Below, piece by piece: positions 1-11,040 of a stretch of 64,000 bases of DNA (its first letter is position 1; the number at the start of each line of letters is the position of its first letter). The position numbers and the translations under genes were made by a program. Location: NCBI GenBank assembly GCA_038063515.1, contig JBBTUY010000002.1, positions 65,976 through 129,975 of the forward strand. Direction: 5' to 3'. The notes beneath the pieces are model-generated. The model saw nothing but the letters and a program-made list of their open reading frames with translations, had not been told where the DNA came from and ran no database searches. The stretch comes from Patescibacteria group bacterium. GTDB lineage: Bacteria; Patescibacteriota; Minisyncoccia; Phycocordibacterales; UBA9973.

Positions 1-21
1 GTAACAGCATTTGGTAATACA

Positions 22-399
22 TTGTACATGGGTCAACAGGCTCAGTTTGCTGCAACAGCGACTGCTTCAAATTCATTCGCTTTGGTGTTTGAAAATTCTT
101 CTACACCTACAACAGCGGATGTAACTTCTTCAGCTGTGGTTGCTCTATCTACATCAGACGCCCTTGTTTCAAGCAATGGATACATTCTTGATGAAGATGA
201 TGCAAAACACTTCACTCTTGAAGTTACTCAAACAGTTCCTGGTTTGCTTGGTGCTGTCTCAGCTGGAAACTACCGTGTAAGACTTGATGAACTTCGTGTC
301 TTCACTGGTGCTGGCTTAGAATCATCAGCTACTGCATCAAATATTGACTTGTTACCTACAAGTTCATTCAGAACAGCATTCAAATACCTTACAAGCTAA
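22..399 (+). CDS. C-terminal 125 aa of an Ala/Ser/Thr-rich, probably secreted or surface protein (5' end lies outside the window); the C-terminal residue is Ser
   Basis: ORF is open to the window edge. Composition is rich in A/S/T and poor in charged residues, beta-strand-like. A strong intrinsic terminator follows immediately. Confidence 0.4.
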   Translation: MYMGQQAQFAATATASNSFALVFENSSTPTTADVTSSAVVALSTSDALVSSNGYILDEDDAKHFTLEVTQTVPGLLGAVSAGNYRVRLDELRVFTGAGLESSATASNIDLLPTSSFRTAFKYLTS

Positions 400-465
400 T
401 TTAGCTTAGGTTTTGAATCTGTTGTGAACTCTGGTTGATACACCTTATAAAGTATTACAAAAAGC

Positions 466-496
466 CCCGCTTCTCACGAGAAGACGGGGTTTTTTG
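466..496 (+). terminator. Rho-independent terminator after the surface-protein gene
   Basis: GC-rich hairpin (ccccg-cttctc-acg-gagaag-a-cgggg) followed by TTTTTT. Confidence 0.7.
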
Positions 497-561
497 TTTT
501 CTTGTTATATTGCATTGCTGGGTTTTAAAAAAGTCGCAATATTTGTTATACTATATATAAT

Positions 562-2592
562 ATGAATACTTTTAAAGAAAAGGCATTAAAATATGGTTCT
601 TATATATTGGTGCTGTTTGCACCGCTTGTATTTTTAAGTCGGAATCTATACCCCCATATTTCAACAAAAACTTTCTTTATTTATGCAGTTGTAGAAATTT
701 TGTTTTTTATATGGCTTTATTTAGTAGTTACTGATAAATCTTATCAAGTTTCAAAAAGGACTATTTTATATTTTTTACCACTTATTTTGTTTGTTTCATG
801 GATGTCTATCTCAGCGTTATTTGCTGTTAATCCACACCTGTCCTTTTGGTCATCATTTGGTAGGGGGACTGGACTTTTGACCTTATACCACTCTTTAGCT
901 CTTTCTTTTGTAATTACATCTCTTGTAAAGAAATACGGTATACCTTATATTATTTCACTTTTCCAATGGTTTGTTTTAGGTGGCTTTTTATTAGCTATGA
1001 GTGTATGGCTTGGAACTGATGGATTTAAATTTTCTGCGACAGTTTTAGTAAAAGATGCAGGGGGCGGTTTTGCTGGAAACTCGACAGTTACCGCTGGATA
1101 TTTACTTTTCACTTTAGCTTTATCAGGTTTTCTCCTTTTGTCAAAAAGCTTGAGTGTTAAAAAAAATATACTTATTATTATAGCTACCTTCTTTATAGCT
1201 TTCAGCCCTGTTTTCTTAAGTCTGTATAGTTTCTTTAATGGAAATGGGTTACTGGGAACTGCTAGAGGTACACTTCTTGGTGTTGGTGCCGGCTTCCTCT
1301 TTCTCGGGGTGGGGTATATGTTTTTCTCAAAAAATAAAGTTATTAAAGGTCTTAGTATTACGAGTATTGTTTTGGCATTAGTGACTTTTGTATTTTTGTG
1401 GGTTCAGTTGGTTACTCCTAATACATATTTGAATAATAAATTTACCGAAGAGGCCAGAAACAGTAGATTTATCTTTTGGAATATTGCACAGAAAGCTATG
1501 AATGAACGTCCTGTTTTTGGTTACGGTCCAGAAAATTACTCAATTGCATATCAGACGTATTTTAATCCACAGATTCTTGTCTCAGAAAACAACTTTGAGG
1601 GGTGGAATGATAGGGCTCACAATATATTTTATGAATTAGGTGCTACCGCTGGATATCCTTCAATTATTCTGTACTCTATATTTTTACTCAGTCTTTTTTA
1701 TGCTATTTGTAGATTATATAATCAAAATAATATAAATAGGCTACAAGCATCTGTTCTTGTAGGTTTATTAACTGCATATATTGTAAATAATTTATTTACT
1801 TTTGACTCCAGTCTTTCTTTGATGTGCTTGTTCATTTTATCTGGGATTTTGTATTCTTTTGAAGATCAAAATGATTTAAAACAAAAATCTTTACCTGTAC
1901 AAATTAATAAATCTACTAAAAAGATTATCGCCGCAGTTTTAATTGTAGTATTTATAATCTTATATATTTTTATAGTTTATATGCCTCTTAGTAAGTCTAG
2001 GGCATATTCAAATACATTTGCATCTGCTATAAATAAAAGACCGGATTTATATTCTAAACTCTTAGAAGGATCAAGAATGGGTGGAGATTGGGATGCTAGC
2101 GGTATGGCCTTTGAGGTTTATAAAAAATACGCAAGCAACCCATCTGTTGTTAAAAATGATCCAAAAATATTACCTTATGCCGTAAAAGATATAACTGCAT
2201 TGCTTCTGTATTTAGAAGAACTTTCCGAAATAAATAAAAGTGATTACCGTCTGTATATAAGTAGAAACTTTTTACAAAATACTGTAACCTATCTAACAGA
2301 TAGTCCATACAATGAAGATATGTCTAGGAAAACACTAGCAGTTTTAGATCATGCAAAATCACTTTCACCAACAAACCCAAATGTGTATTGGAGTATAGCT
2401 CAGGTCAAGATCTGGGGTGGTGATCTAAAGGGAACAGAAGAAGCATATCGAAAAGCCATAGAAGTGGCACCAAACATTGCAAGCTCATATAATTTATTAT
2501 TAAAATACGCTCAAGTTGTAGGTGATCAGAAACTTTTTAATGAAGTGATGTTACAAGCTAAAGAGAATATAAAAGGATACGAACTTAAGTAA
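562..2592 (+). CDS. Polytopic membrane protein of the O-antigen ligase / Wzy_C superfamily with a C-terminal TPR-like soluble domain (polymerase, ligase or O-oligosaccharyltransferase candidate)
   Basis: About 12 predicted TM helices in the first ~430 aa. The hydrophilic C-terminal ~200 aa contains TPR-like helical repeats ([21 protein letters not shown]). Genomic context is a glycan biosynthesis cluster. Confidence 0.55.
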   Translation: MNTFKEKALKYGSYILVLFAPLVFLSRNLYPHISTKTFFIYAVVEILFFIWLYLVVTDKSYQVSKRTILYFLPLILFVSWMSISALFAVNPHLSFWSSFGRGTGLLTLYHSLALSFVITSLVKKYGIPYIISLFQWFVLGGFLLAMSVWLGTDGFKFSATVLVKDAGGGFAGNSTVTAGYLLFTLALSGFLLLSKSLSVKKNILIIIATFFIAFSPVFLSLYSFFNGNGLLGTARGTLLGVGAGFLFLGVGYMFFSKNKVIKGLSITSIVLALVTFVFLWVQLVTPNTYLNNKFTEEARNSRFIFWNIAQKAMNERPVFGYGPENYSIAYQTYFNPQILVSENNFEGWNDRAHNIFYELGATAGYPSIILYSIFLLSLFYAICRLYNQNNINRLQASVLVGLLTAYIVNNLFTFDSSLSLMCLFILSGILYSFEDQNDLKQKSLPVQINKSTKKIIAAVLIVVFIILYIFIVYMPLSKSRAYSNTFASAINKRPDLYSKLLEGSRMGGDWDASGMAFEVYKKYASNPSVVKNDPKILPYAVKDITALLLYLEELSEINKSDYRLYISRNFLQNTVTYLTDSPYNEDMSRKTLAVLDHAKSLSPTNPNVYWSIAQVKIWGGDLKGTEEAYRKAIEVAPNIASSYNLLLKYAQVVGDQKLFNEVMLQAKENIKGYELK

Positions 2593-2621
2593 TTTACAGT
2601 AAAAATTGTTGTTATAAATGT

Positions 2622-3683
2622 ATGGCAGATAAAAAACGGGCTTTAATAATAGGAATAACAGGTCAGGACGGCTCATATTTAGCTGAATTTTTGCTAGAAA
2701 AAGGTTATGAAGTTCACGGTATGATTCGTCGATCTTCGAGTTTTAATACATCAAGATTAGATAAAATATATGAAGATCCACATGTCGACAACAGGCATTT
2801 AATTCTCCACTACGGAGATTTGTCTGATTCTAATAGTATAAATTCTATGCTTAATAAAAGTAAGCCGGATGAAATTTATAATTTGGGTGCACAGAGTCAT
2901 GTAAGAGTAAGCTTTGATATACCTGAATACACAGCTGACATCGACGCACTAGGAACCCTGCGACTTTTAGATGTTATAAAAGAGCAGAATTATCCTATAA
3001 AATTTTATCAGGCGGGAAGTAGTGAAATGTTCGGAAAGGTCTTAGAGACTCCACAAAAAGAAACAACACCATTTAATCCGCAAAGTCCTTATGGTTGCTC
3101 TAAAGTTTTTTCTCATATGATTTGTAGAAATTATCGTGAGTCATACAACATGTTTGTTTGTAATGGAATACTCTTTAACCATGAGTCCCCGAGAAGAGGG
3201 AGAACATTTGTTACTAAAAAGATCGTAGAAGGTTTAGTGGATATAAAGCTTGGTCTTAAAGATAGAATTTTCCTAGGTAACTTGGATGCAAAAAGAGACT
3301 GGGGTTATGCCAAGGATTATGTAAAAGCGATGTGGATGATGCTACAACAAGATAATCCTGATGACTATGTAATAGCTACAGGAGAAACTCATTCTGTGCG
3401 TGAATTTGTGGATTATGTGGCATTGATTTTAGGCTATGATATTGTCTGGGAGGGAGACGGGCTTAAGGAAGAGGGCATAGACCGAAACTCCAGAAAAGTA
3501 CTTGTAAGCATCGACGAGTCTTACTATAGGCCATCCGAAGTCGATCTATTATTAGGTGACAGTACAAAAGCGAAACAAAAATTAAATTGGACTGCTGAAG
3601 TAAAATTTAAAGAGCTTGTAGATTTGATGACCAAAGAAGAATTTAACATTCGAGGTTTAAAAAGTGAGGATTATTTAAAATAG
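2622..3683 (+). CDS. gmd: GDP-mannose 4,6-dehydratase
   Basis: N-terminus [27 protein letters not shown] plus catalytic YxxxK motifs are typical of GMD. Length is 353 aa. Confidence 0.9.
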   Translation: MADKKRALIIGITGQDGSYLAEFLLEKGYEVHGMIRRSSSFNTSRLDKIYEDPHVDNRHLILHYGDLSDSNSINSMLNKSKPDEIYNLGAQSHVRVSFDIPEYTADIDALGTLRLLDVIKEQNYPIKFYQAGSSEMFGKVLETPQKETTPFNPQSPYGCSKVFSHMICRNYRESYNMFVCNGILFNHESPRRGRTFVTKKIVEGLVDIKLGLKDRIFLGNLDAKRDWGYAKDYVKAMWMMLQQDNPDDYVIATGETHSVREFVDYVALILGYDIVWEGDGLKEEGIDRNSRKVLVSIDESYYRPSEVDLLLGDSTKAKQKLNWTAEVKFKELVDLMTKEEFNIRGLKSEDYLK

Positions 3684-3684
3684 T

Positions 3685-4617
3685 ATGGATAAAAATGCAA
3701 AAATTTATGTTGCAGGGCATGCGGGATTAGTGGGGCAGGCTTTTGTGCGAGAGCTTGAAAAAAATGGATATAAAAATATCATAATAAAAACTCATGCTGA
3801 GTTAGACCTTACTCAACAAGAAGAAGTTCAAAGATTTTTTGAAACAGAATTGCCTGAATATGTTTTTTTGGCTGCTGCAAAAGTGGGTGGAATATTTGCA
3901 AATGACACATATCCAGCTCAATTTATCAGAGAGAATTTATTGATAGAGACTAATATTATAGATTCTTCTTATAAGATTGGTGTTAAAAAGTTACTTTTTC
4001 TTGGAAGTGCGTGTGTTTATCCTAAAGTAACCGCTCAACCCATTAAGGAGGAGTATTTACTGACTGGTGAATTAGAGCCAACAAATAAAGCCTACGCCAT
4101 AGCTAAAATAGCAGGTATTGTTATGTGTCAGTCATACAATAAACAATACGGGACAAATTTTATAAGTGTCATGCCAACAAATTTATATGGTGAGGGAGAC
4201 AATTTTGATTTAGAAAATTCGCATGTCATACCGGCTATGATAAGAAAGTTTCATGAGGCCAAAAAAAATAATTTAAAAGAAGTTATTTTATGGGGGACTG
4301 GTAGTCCAACTAGAGAGTTTTTATACGTAGACGATTTAGCTTCAGCTTGTATTTTTTTAATGAATAATTATAATAGTTCGGAAATTATAAATATTGGTTT
4401 AGGTGAAGATTTAACGATATTAGAATTGGCTAATATTATTAAAAAAGTTGTTGGATATGAAGGAAATATTGTATGGGATACATCGAAGCCAGATGGTACG
4501 CCGAGACGTCTCTTAGATGTTTCTAAAATAAAGAGATTGGGCTGGAGTCCTAAAGTGAATCTGGTTGATGGTCTAAATCAAACTTATACTTGGTATAAAG
4601 AAAACATAAAATTATGA
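3685..4617 (+). CDS. fcl: GDP-L-fucose synthase (GDP-4-keto-6-deoxymannose 3,5-epimerase/4-reductase)
   Basis: N-terminus [19 protein letters not shown] and short-chain dehydrogenase (SDR) signature. Lies directly downstream of gmd; 1-bp gap suggests translational coupling. Confidence 0.9.
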   Translation: MDKNAKIYVAGHAGLVGQAFVRELEKNGYKNIIIKTHAELDLTQQEEVQRFFETELPEYVFLAAAKVGGIFANDTYPAQFIRENLLIETNIIDSSYKIGVKKLLFLGSACVYPKVTAQPIKEEYLLTGELEPTNKAYAIAKIAGIVMCQSYNKQYGTNFISVMPTNLYGEGDNFDLENSHVIPAMIRKFHEAKKNNLKEVILWGTGSPTREFLYVDDLASACIFLMNNYNSSEIINIGLGEDLTILELANIIKKVVGYEGNIVWDTSKPDGTPRRLLDVSKIKRLGWSPKVNLVDGLNQTYTWYKENIKL

Positions 4618-5459
4618 TAATTGTAAGGTTAAAAGGGGGCTTGGGTAATCAGATGTTTCAGTATGCATTGGGACGTGTTTTGTCCTTGAGGCACAATACA
4701 GCTCTAGGGTTAGATACTAGTTTTTATAAATTAGATTTGATCCCTAAAAGGAGATATGATTTAGATCTTTTTAATATCACAGGTAAAGTTTTATCTAAAA
4801 ATAATATTCCATTTCTATACAGAATATCTCAGAAATTCAGACTTGTAGATAAATTTATTCCCAACAAAGGCAAGGAGAAGTTTTTTCATTTTGATCCTAA
4901 TATTTTTTCTTTAGGCAGTAGCTTATATTTAGATGGCTATTGGCAAAGCCCTAAATATTTCGAAGGTTTTGAAGATGCCATAAGAGAAGAATTTACTTTT
5001 AAAAATCCTTTACCTTTAAAAATTAACAATCTCGCAACTGATATAGAAAATATAAATTCACTTTGTATACATGTACGAAGGGGGGACTATGTGGGAAATG
5101 CTAACCATGATGTATTTAGTATGGAATATTATAAAAAAGGTGTTGATTATATTAATCAACAAACAAAAATAGACAAGATCTTTGTTTTTTCTGATGACAT
5201 AGAATGGTGTAAAAATAATTTAATTTTCGAAATGCCGGTATTTTTTGTAGGAAATGAATATGCAGGATTAAAAGATGAAGGTCATATGTATCTAATGAGT
5301 AGATGTAAAAATTTTATAATTGCAAACAGTTCTTTTTCTTGGTGGGCAGCATGGCTCTCTGTTTCTAAAAATAAAACGGTTGTTTGTCCAAAGAATTGGT
5401 TTAAGGATGCTTCTATTAATACAGATGATTTAATACCTAAAGAATGGATAAGAATATGA
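4614..5459 (+). CDS. GT11-family alpha-1,2-fucosyltransferase
   Basis: N-terminal motif [17 protein letters not shown] is characteristic of bacterial GT11 fucosyltransferases. Start overlaps the fcl stop codon. Confidence 0.8.
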   Translation: MIIVRLKGGLGNQMFQYALGRVLSLRHNTALGLDTSFYKLDLIPKRRYDLDLFNITGKVLSKNNIPFLYRISQKFRLVDKFIPNKGKEKFFHFDPNIFSLGSSLYLDGYWQSPKYFEGFEDAIREEFTFKNPLPLKINNLATDIENINSLCIHVRRGDYVGNANHDVFSMEYYKKGVDYINQQTKIDKIFVFSDDIEWCKNNLIFEMPVFFVGNEYAGLKDEGHMYLMSRCKNFIIANSSFSWWAAWLSVSKNKTVVCPKNWFKDASINTDDLIPKEWIRI

Positions 5460-6283
5460 ATAAATTAGTATCAGTATTACTACCTACGTATAATGGTGCG
5501 AGTCGCATACAAGAGGCCATACAGAGCGTTTTGGACCAATCCTACGCTAATTGGGAGCTCTTGGTGCTTGATGATGGCTCTCTCGACAATACTAAAGAAA
5601 TCGTAGACAAGCTTATCTTGGGTGATCGTAGAATAAAGTACATGAAGAACGAAGTAAATTTAGGGATCCAAAAAACTTTAAATGTTGGATTACATCAAGG
5701 GGTGGGAGAATACATAGCCCGTATTGACGATGACGACGTATGGATAGATAGAAATAAGATTTCAAAACAAGTAGAATTTTTAGAAAAAAATAAAGATTAT
5801 GTTTTAGTGGGCACAGGTTTTGTGGCAAAGGATGAGAATAATAAAGAAATATACAAACTATTTAATGCAGAGAAAGACGAAGATATAAGAATAAAGATTT
5901 TAAATAAAAATTGTTTCTTGCATTCTAGTGTTGTTTTTCAGAGAGGCGTTGCTTTAAAGTTCGGAGGATATTCTGAAACAGAAGCTACAAAGCATATAGA
6001 GGATTATGATCTGTGGCTTAAGATGGGCACTGTCGGTAAATTTGCTAATTTGCCGACATATAGTGTTAACTTTAGCTTAAGGACTGAAAGTATAAGTTCT
6101 AAAAACAAGACCATTCAGTTTGAGAGATGTATTCACATCATAGGAAAATATAAAGAATATTACCCAAACTATCATTGGGCATTTTTTAATCTCTCTACTC
6201 GTATGTTTATTTATAAGTTTTTCCAAATAAAACCTTTTAACTACTTTTATAAATATTTCTATAAGTTATATAAAAATATCTAA
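5444..6283 (+). CDS. GT2-family glycosyltransferase
   Basis: N-terminal motif VSVLLPTYNGASRIQEAIQSVLDQSY...LLVLDDGSLDNT (GT-A fold with DxD). Confidence 0.8.
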   Translation: MDKNMNKLVSVLLPTYNGASRIQEAIQSVLDQSYANWELLVLDDGSLDNTKEIVDKLILGDRRIKYMKNEVNLGIQKTLNVGLHQGVGEYIARIDDDDVWIDRNKISKQVEFLEKNKDYVLVGTGFVAKDENNKEIYKLFNAEKDEDIRIKILNKNCFLHSSVVFQRGVALKFGGYSETEATKHIEDYDLWLKMGTVGKFANLPTYSVNFSLRTESISSKNKTIQFERCIHIIGKYKEYYPNYHWAFFNLSTRMFIYKFFQIKPFNYFYKYFYKLYKNI

Positions 6284-6291
6284 ATTCTTTT

Positions 6292-7287
6292 TTATTTGCC
6301 TTTATTTTTTATAAATCCAAATAGAATGCTTATGTATTTTGGATAAAATATAAGGTTGAAAATTTGTCTAATTAAAAATACTGGGAGATAAAGGTAGAAA
6401 GAGCCAAAAGTTATTCTAAACATTTTTTTATATTGATGAGCTGGGAGTTTTGCTCGTAGTGTTTTTAGTAGATTATTTTGGGGGAATCCAGCTAGTATTC
6501 TGTAAGTTATTTTGTCTGACCATAAGAGAGGAATAGGGTAGTGTCCATCAATGGTAGACATCCATTTGCTATAAAAAGTAAGCTCTTTTTCAAAAGTCTT
6601 ACTTGGGTCAAAGGTCATATTTTCATTATGTTTACGAATATGAACTAATATTTTTGCGACAAAATCAACTTCAAATTTCTGAGCAATACGAAGCCACATA
6701 TCAAAGTCTTCAGCATATTTTAAATTTTCATCAAAAAAGCCTACCACATCAAAGACGTTTCTTTTTATTAGAACACCACTTCCACTTGAAGTAATTTGGT
6801 TTCTTTCTAGTAATTTTTCAAATACCATGCCTCGCATCCTTTTTTTATCAAGAGGTGCTTTATAATTTCTGTATTGCGTATTTCCATTTATGTCTATTAC
6901 ATCATAGTCACAATACACCAAAGCTAGATTTTCAAATTCTGTTGTCTGGCAGACATTCATTTGTTCCTCTAATTTATTTTTATCCCAGATATCATCAGCA
7001 TCTAAGAAGGCAATAAATTCTCCCATACTTTCTTTTATTCCAGTATTTCGCGCAGAAGAAAGCCCACCGTTTTCCTGTTTAATTATTTTTATTTCTAGTG
7101 AACAAGTTTTCGCATATTCTAAAACTACAGAATATGTATTATCTGTGGATCCATCATCTACAACAATTATTTTATTAGGAGGTAAGGTTTGATGAGCTAC
7201 AGAATTAAGTGCTTGAAGTATAAATTTCTCACCATTGTAAACAGGGATAACTACATCTATTTTTTTATAAGTTGAGTCATTAATCAT
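6292..7287 (-). CDS. GT2-family glycosyltransferase
   Basis: Motif IDVVIPVYNGEKFILQALNSVAHQTLPPNKIIVVDDGSTDNT. Convergent with the upstream plus-strand glycosyltransferases. Confidence 0.8.
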   Translation of the reverse strand: MINDSTYKKIDVVIPVYNGEKFILQALNSVAHQTLPPNKIIVVDDGSTDNTYSVVLEYAKTCSLEIKIIKQENGGLSSARNTGIKESMGEFIAFLDADDIWDKNKLEEQMNVCQTTEFENLALVYCDYDVIDINGNTQYRNYKAPLDKKRMRGMVFEKLLERNQITSSGSGVLIKRNVFDVVGFFDENLKYAEDFDMWLRIAQKFEVDFVAKILVHIRKHNENMTFDPSKTFEKELTFYSKWMSTIDGHYPIPLLWSDKITYRILAGFPQNNLLKTLRAKLPAHQYKKMFRITFGSFYLYLPVFLIRQIFNLIFYPKYISILFGFIKNKGK

Positions 7288-8869
7288 TTTGTTTAAATAA
7301 GTGTTTATATTTTTCTTTGTTTTCTAAAATGTATTTTGGTAAATCAGATTCATCAATCCAGAATTTAAATTTTCTACCCATATAATCTGTTTGTCCAAAC
7401 CTCTCCTCTAATTTATCCTGAACTTTCTTATTATTATAACTCTCTTCTGTATAACTATCATGTAATTTTCTTTTGACTTCCTCGAGTCCACCCATAGACG
7501 TAAAGTGCCAGCCACCATTTTCTAGCACAGTCCACTTTTTGTCTGTTCGTAAATGATTTAAGCAACCGTCTTTTATTGTTTTATAATTAGTTAAAAGAGT
7601 TCCTGTCCAAGGCTCATTAGATCTATTGTTTAAATAGTAAACAGAAACTAATTGGCTTAATTTATATTTATTTATTTCTTTTGGCATTCCTTGTGTTAGT
7701 TTCCATATTTCATCTACATCTCCGATAAAGCATATGTCCTCGTCATTTAAATGAGTTAAAGCTTTTTTAATACTTTCTTTTTGGTAAAATTCTCGTCTCC
7801 AATGCTCTGGTCCATCTTTCGGAACGTTTGGACTAGCATCGGCAATTTTTAATATTTCAGCATCATTCGGATAATCATCAATAATAAAGTATTTTATTTT
7901 ATGTAAAAAGGGAGAAAAACGTTCTTTCTGCATTTCAAAGTATAGAGGTTTAGGCTTGCCACTAAAAGTGCTAGGAGCTTCGACTATTATGAATTCATCT
8001 ACAAAGTCGTTTAAAATATTAAGTCTTAGTTCAAGCATTTCTTCTTCACCATTGTAGGTAAAGATGTCATAAATTTTTATTCTCTTTCTTAAATCTATGA
8101 GTTCACTCGAAGAATAATATTCTATTTGTTTCTTTTTAAATTTTCTAAATAGCTTTTTAAATTTAAAAATTAAATTTTTAAAAGTTTTGTAGATATAATT
8201 CTTTACTTTGTAAGAGATTTTTAAGTTTAAATCTAGCTCTCCATTCCATAAATGATACAAAATTCTCTCTATGATCTGGGCTTCACCAGGGTGTGGGCTA
8301 TAGTCTATGTATGTGCGAAGTTGTTCGTAGAATGATTTTGGGTATTGTAAAATATTTTCTCTAGTAACTAAATAATTAGAGCCTGGGGCGAATTTTATAT
8401 ATTTTGGTATATTTTTTATGAAAGGCCAGATTAAGTCATCGTATGTTTTAAAATATTTTGAAGCGAAAATATTTAAATACCAGCTGTTGTTTATTTCGTT
8501 ATACATACCGTCATCCCCATAAAATGCTACCGGTAGGTGTATTTTATGGTGTTTTGTGAATATGGGAGTGAATACTTTATTATTACAAATATTATCAAAC
8601 TCTTCTTTCGTAATATACTTAAATATGTTACCTTTGGTCAGAATCATTGAGCTAGGTAGGTTTTCGTAGTTGTCTATAATGTACGTAAATTTATCATAAA
8701 TATCCCAGCCAATATTTGGTACTTTCATTACCTTTTTGGGATCAAAAGGTTTTACCCATTCATCTGTATCACTTCGATCATAAATAATATAATTATCTGT
8801 GTAGTCTAAAATCCAGCTTATATCAGCGTTGTAATTTGAAACCATTAAAAAATTATCTTTTATTTTCAT
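7280..8869 (-). CDS. 529-aa protein of unknown family, probably a two-domain glycosyltransferase
   Basis: Embedded between glycosyltransferase genes with 8-bp overlaps. The C-terminal half carries a DxD-like FIGDVDEIW motif. No confident family assignment can be made from sequence alone. Confidence 0.35.
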   Translation of the reverse strand: MKIKDNFLMVSNYNADISWILDYTDNYIIYDRSDTDEWVKPFDPKKVMKVPNIGWDIYDKFTYIIDNYENLPSSMILTKGNIFKYITKEEFDNICNNKVFTPIFTKHHKIHLPVAFYGDDGMYNEINNSWYLNIFASKYFKTYDDLIWPFIKNIPKYIKFAPGSNYLVTRENILQYPKSFYEQLRTYIDYSPHPGEAQIIERILYHLWNGELDLNLKISYKVKNYIYKTFKNLIFKFKKLFRKFKKKQIEYYSSSELIDLRKRIKIYDIFTYNGEEEMLELRLNILNDFVDEFIIVEAPSTFSGKPKPLYFEMQKERFSPFLHKIKYFIIDDYPNDAEILKIADASPNVPKDGPEHWRREFYQKESIKKALTHLNDEDICFIGDVDEIWKLTQGMPKEINKYKLSQLVSVYYLNNRSNEPWTGTLLTNYKTIKDGCLNHLRTDKKWTVLENGGWHFTSMGGLEEVKRKLHDSYTEESYNNKKVQDKLEERFGQTDYMGRKFKFWIDESDLPKYILENKEKYKHLFKQND

Positions 8870-9789
8870 GTAATTTTATTTATCGCTCTTCTTATTTTTT
8901 GTGGTATCAGTCTAGCTAGGCGTTTACTGAAAGGTACATCTGATAGATAAATGGGGGATGTATCCTTAATATTATTTTCCTCGTATGCTTTTAGAGATTC
9001 TTCGCAAGATTTAGCACTGTGTAAATTTCCCAGTCTGTCTTGATACATCCATCCATCTACAATATTATATCCACAAGACCAATATCCATCTGAAACATTG
9101 TGACGAGCCCAATATTTAGGGGCAATGACCATTTCCACATTTTCATTGAGCCATGCGGGTATGATAGCAAAACTAGAGTTTGAAAGGATCAAATATTTTG
9201 CATATTGTATGGAAGCATAGTCGTTTGCGAAGTCATGTGATATTTCATAGTCTGGGAAAAATTTCTTTGCTGTTTTAACATCATCTGTGACCACTCGAAA
9301 TAGCATATTAGGGTTTATCTTTTGCATATTCACGACAGCGCTCCTCCAATATTTTTTGGCTAGAAATAATTCTTGTCCTCCCACATACTCACCACCTCTA
9401 AAATTAATTATACATAAATTTTCTGGTAGACTTACTTCTTCTATTTTTAGCCATTCTCTGATTTCATTTTTTCTATGAATAAAATACTTTTCTCCTTGAA
9501 ATTCTCCATCTATCAGTGTGTTGTCTGTTATTTTAGCTACTCCATCAAGATCGTAAGTTCTAATGTCCGTTAATCCATCAGTGTGATTTACTCTTGGTTC
9601 TGTGTAAGAGTGGGTTAGGTTTGTTGTGGGTGTACCCATATCTATTTTTAAGAAAGATGAGGCTTTAAAATTTTCTGGATTTTGCATACCAAAATCATAA
9701 CCCTTATCCATCGCAAGAGATCGTACAAATACGTATCTAAATAGTTGATTTCCTAAACCAGAACCTTTGTGAAATATGCCAGCAATCAT
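8866..9789 (-). CDS. GT11-like fucosyltransferase (second copy)
   Basis: N-terminal motif IAGIFHKGSGLGNQLFRYVF matches the GGLGNQ(M/L)F signature of GT11. Confidence 0.65.
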   Translation of the reverse strand: MIAGIFHKGSGLGNQLFRYVFVRSLAMDKGYDFGMQNPENFKASSFLKIDMGTPTTNLTHSYTEPRVNHTDGLTDIRTYDLDGVAKITDNTLIDGEFQGEKYFIHRKNEIREWLKIEEVSLPENLCIINFRGGEYVGGQELFLAKKYWRSAVVNMQKINPNMLFRVVTDDVKTAKKFFPDYEISHDFANDYASIQYAKYLILSNSSFAIIPAWLNENVEMVIAPKYWARHNVSDGYWSCGYNIVDGWMYQDRLGNLHSAKSCEESLKAYEENNIKDTSPIYLSDVPFSKRLARLIPQKIRRAINKIT

Positions 9790-10415
9790 TTTTCAAAGTT
9801 GGGGTAAATCTTGTTACGACCATGATTTTTATGGAAAACAAATGTTTTCTCCACCTCTTTATTTTCTGGAATTTCTGATTCTCTTCCGAAATATTTCGCT
9901 ACTTCTATCGGCGCAAATACGCATCCGTGTTCTTCGTATACATGTCGCATGTTTACTGACACGTATCCATCCTCGTTGTAAAATCCATGAAAGGGTTTCC
10001 ACTCCATTCCAATTTTCTTAGGAAGCTGTAATAATTTCTTAGACCTTAAAGATACGCTGTTTCCAACTCTCTGTATTTTCCCATTAACGTCACGATAAGA
10101 AAAATCGTCTTTTGGAAGAGGGAACGGAGAACCAATAAAATCATATTTCAACCATTCGTCATTCCATGCCTCAGGGTGCACTACAAAACCATCTGGGTGT
10201 ACTAAGAGTGCAAATTCTGTATTTATATGGTCTCCTAAATCAAAAACAACTGCTTTATTCCATTCATCTATGGTATTAGTATCTACAATTATATTTTTAA
10301 CTTCTCCAAATTCTATATTTTGAGAACTATAATCAAGAGCTTTTTGTTGTTGGTCTCTGTATTTTTCGGATCCAAAACAGCACAGAGTTACATTTGGTAG
10401 TTTTAATTTATTCAT
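9786..10415 (-). CDS. Hypothetical protein (209 aa) in the glycan cluster
   Basis: ORF is translationally coupled to its neighbours. No recognisable motif. Confidence 0.4.
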   Translation of the reverse strand: MNKLKLPNVTLCCFGSEKYRDQQQKALDYSSQNIEFGEVKNIIVDTNTIDEWNKAVVFDLGDHINTEFALLVHPDGFVVHPEAWNDEWLKYDFIGSPFPLPKDDFSYRDVNGKIQRVGNSVSLRSKKLLQLPKKIGMEWKPFHGFYNEDGYVSVNMRHVYEEHGCVFAPIEVAKYFGRESEIPENKEVEKTFVFHKNHGRNKIYPNFEK

Positions 10416-11040
10416 AATCTTTTGGTATTGGAGTTCCTGTTTCTTTTATATAATCTTCTACACTATTTGGTTCTACGTCCGGACGGGTCCTTTTAGCTAG
10501 TTCAAACATTGTCTTTCTACCCGTACCTAAATACTCCAAGCTAGATGTCTTTCTATCCCATTCTAAAACTCTTTTTGCTAATAATTCTGCAATGATGTCT
10601 ACATAGTCACCTTGAGTATATTGATCCACATAAGCCTTAGGGAAAGGGAATGGGTTTGGTTTGAATATTGTTCTTATTATTAGATGGTTCTTGTGCGTTT
10701 TTGTAATTTCTTCTCCAAGCTTTTTAGTTAGAGCATAAATACTGATAGGGTTGTGAGCATACTCACTTGATATAAAAATAAACGGTGTATTTTTGTAGCG
10801 CTCTATTAAATTAAAAGTACCATAAACATTTGTCATAAAACATTCGTCCTTGCCTTCTAGTTCAGCATTTTTTACATTTGTGTATGCTCCTGTGTGTAGA
10901 ATCAGATCGTATTCTTTTTCTAAATTAATTGGTTTTGTAAAGTCTAAATCTTCTCTACCTAGGTAGTCTCCTTTGAGATGCTTTTTTAATTCTGTAGCTA
11001 GTTCTCCATTACCACCGGTAATTAAAATTTTACTTTCCAT
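10408..11040 (-). CDS. Short RmlD-like NAD(P)-dependent sugar-nucleotide reductase (dTDP-4-dehydrorhamnose reductase family)
   Basis: ILITGGNGELA Rossmann motif. LILHTGAYTNV...FIFISSEYA...IYALTKKLGEE...HLIIRTIF parallels the RmlD pattern (NAAAHTAVD...STDYVF...YGKTK...LIFRTSW). Confidence 0.55.
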   Translation of the reverse strand: MESKILITGGNGELATELKKHLKGDYLGREDLDFTKPINLEKEYDLILHTGAYTNVKNAELEGKDECFMTNVYGTFNLIERYKNTPFIFISSEYAHNPISIYALTKKLGEEITKTHKNHLIIRTIFKPNPFPFPKAYVDQYTQGDYVDIIAELLAKRVLEWDRKTSSLEYLGTGRKTMFELAKRTRPDVEPNSVEDYIKETGTPIPKDYE

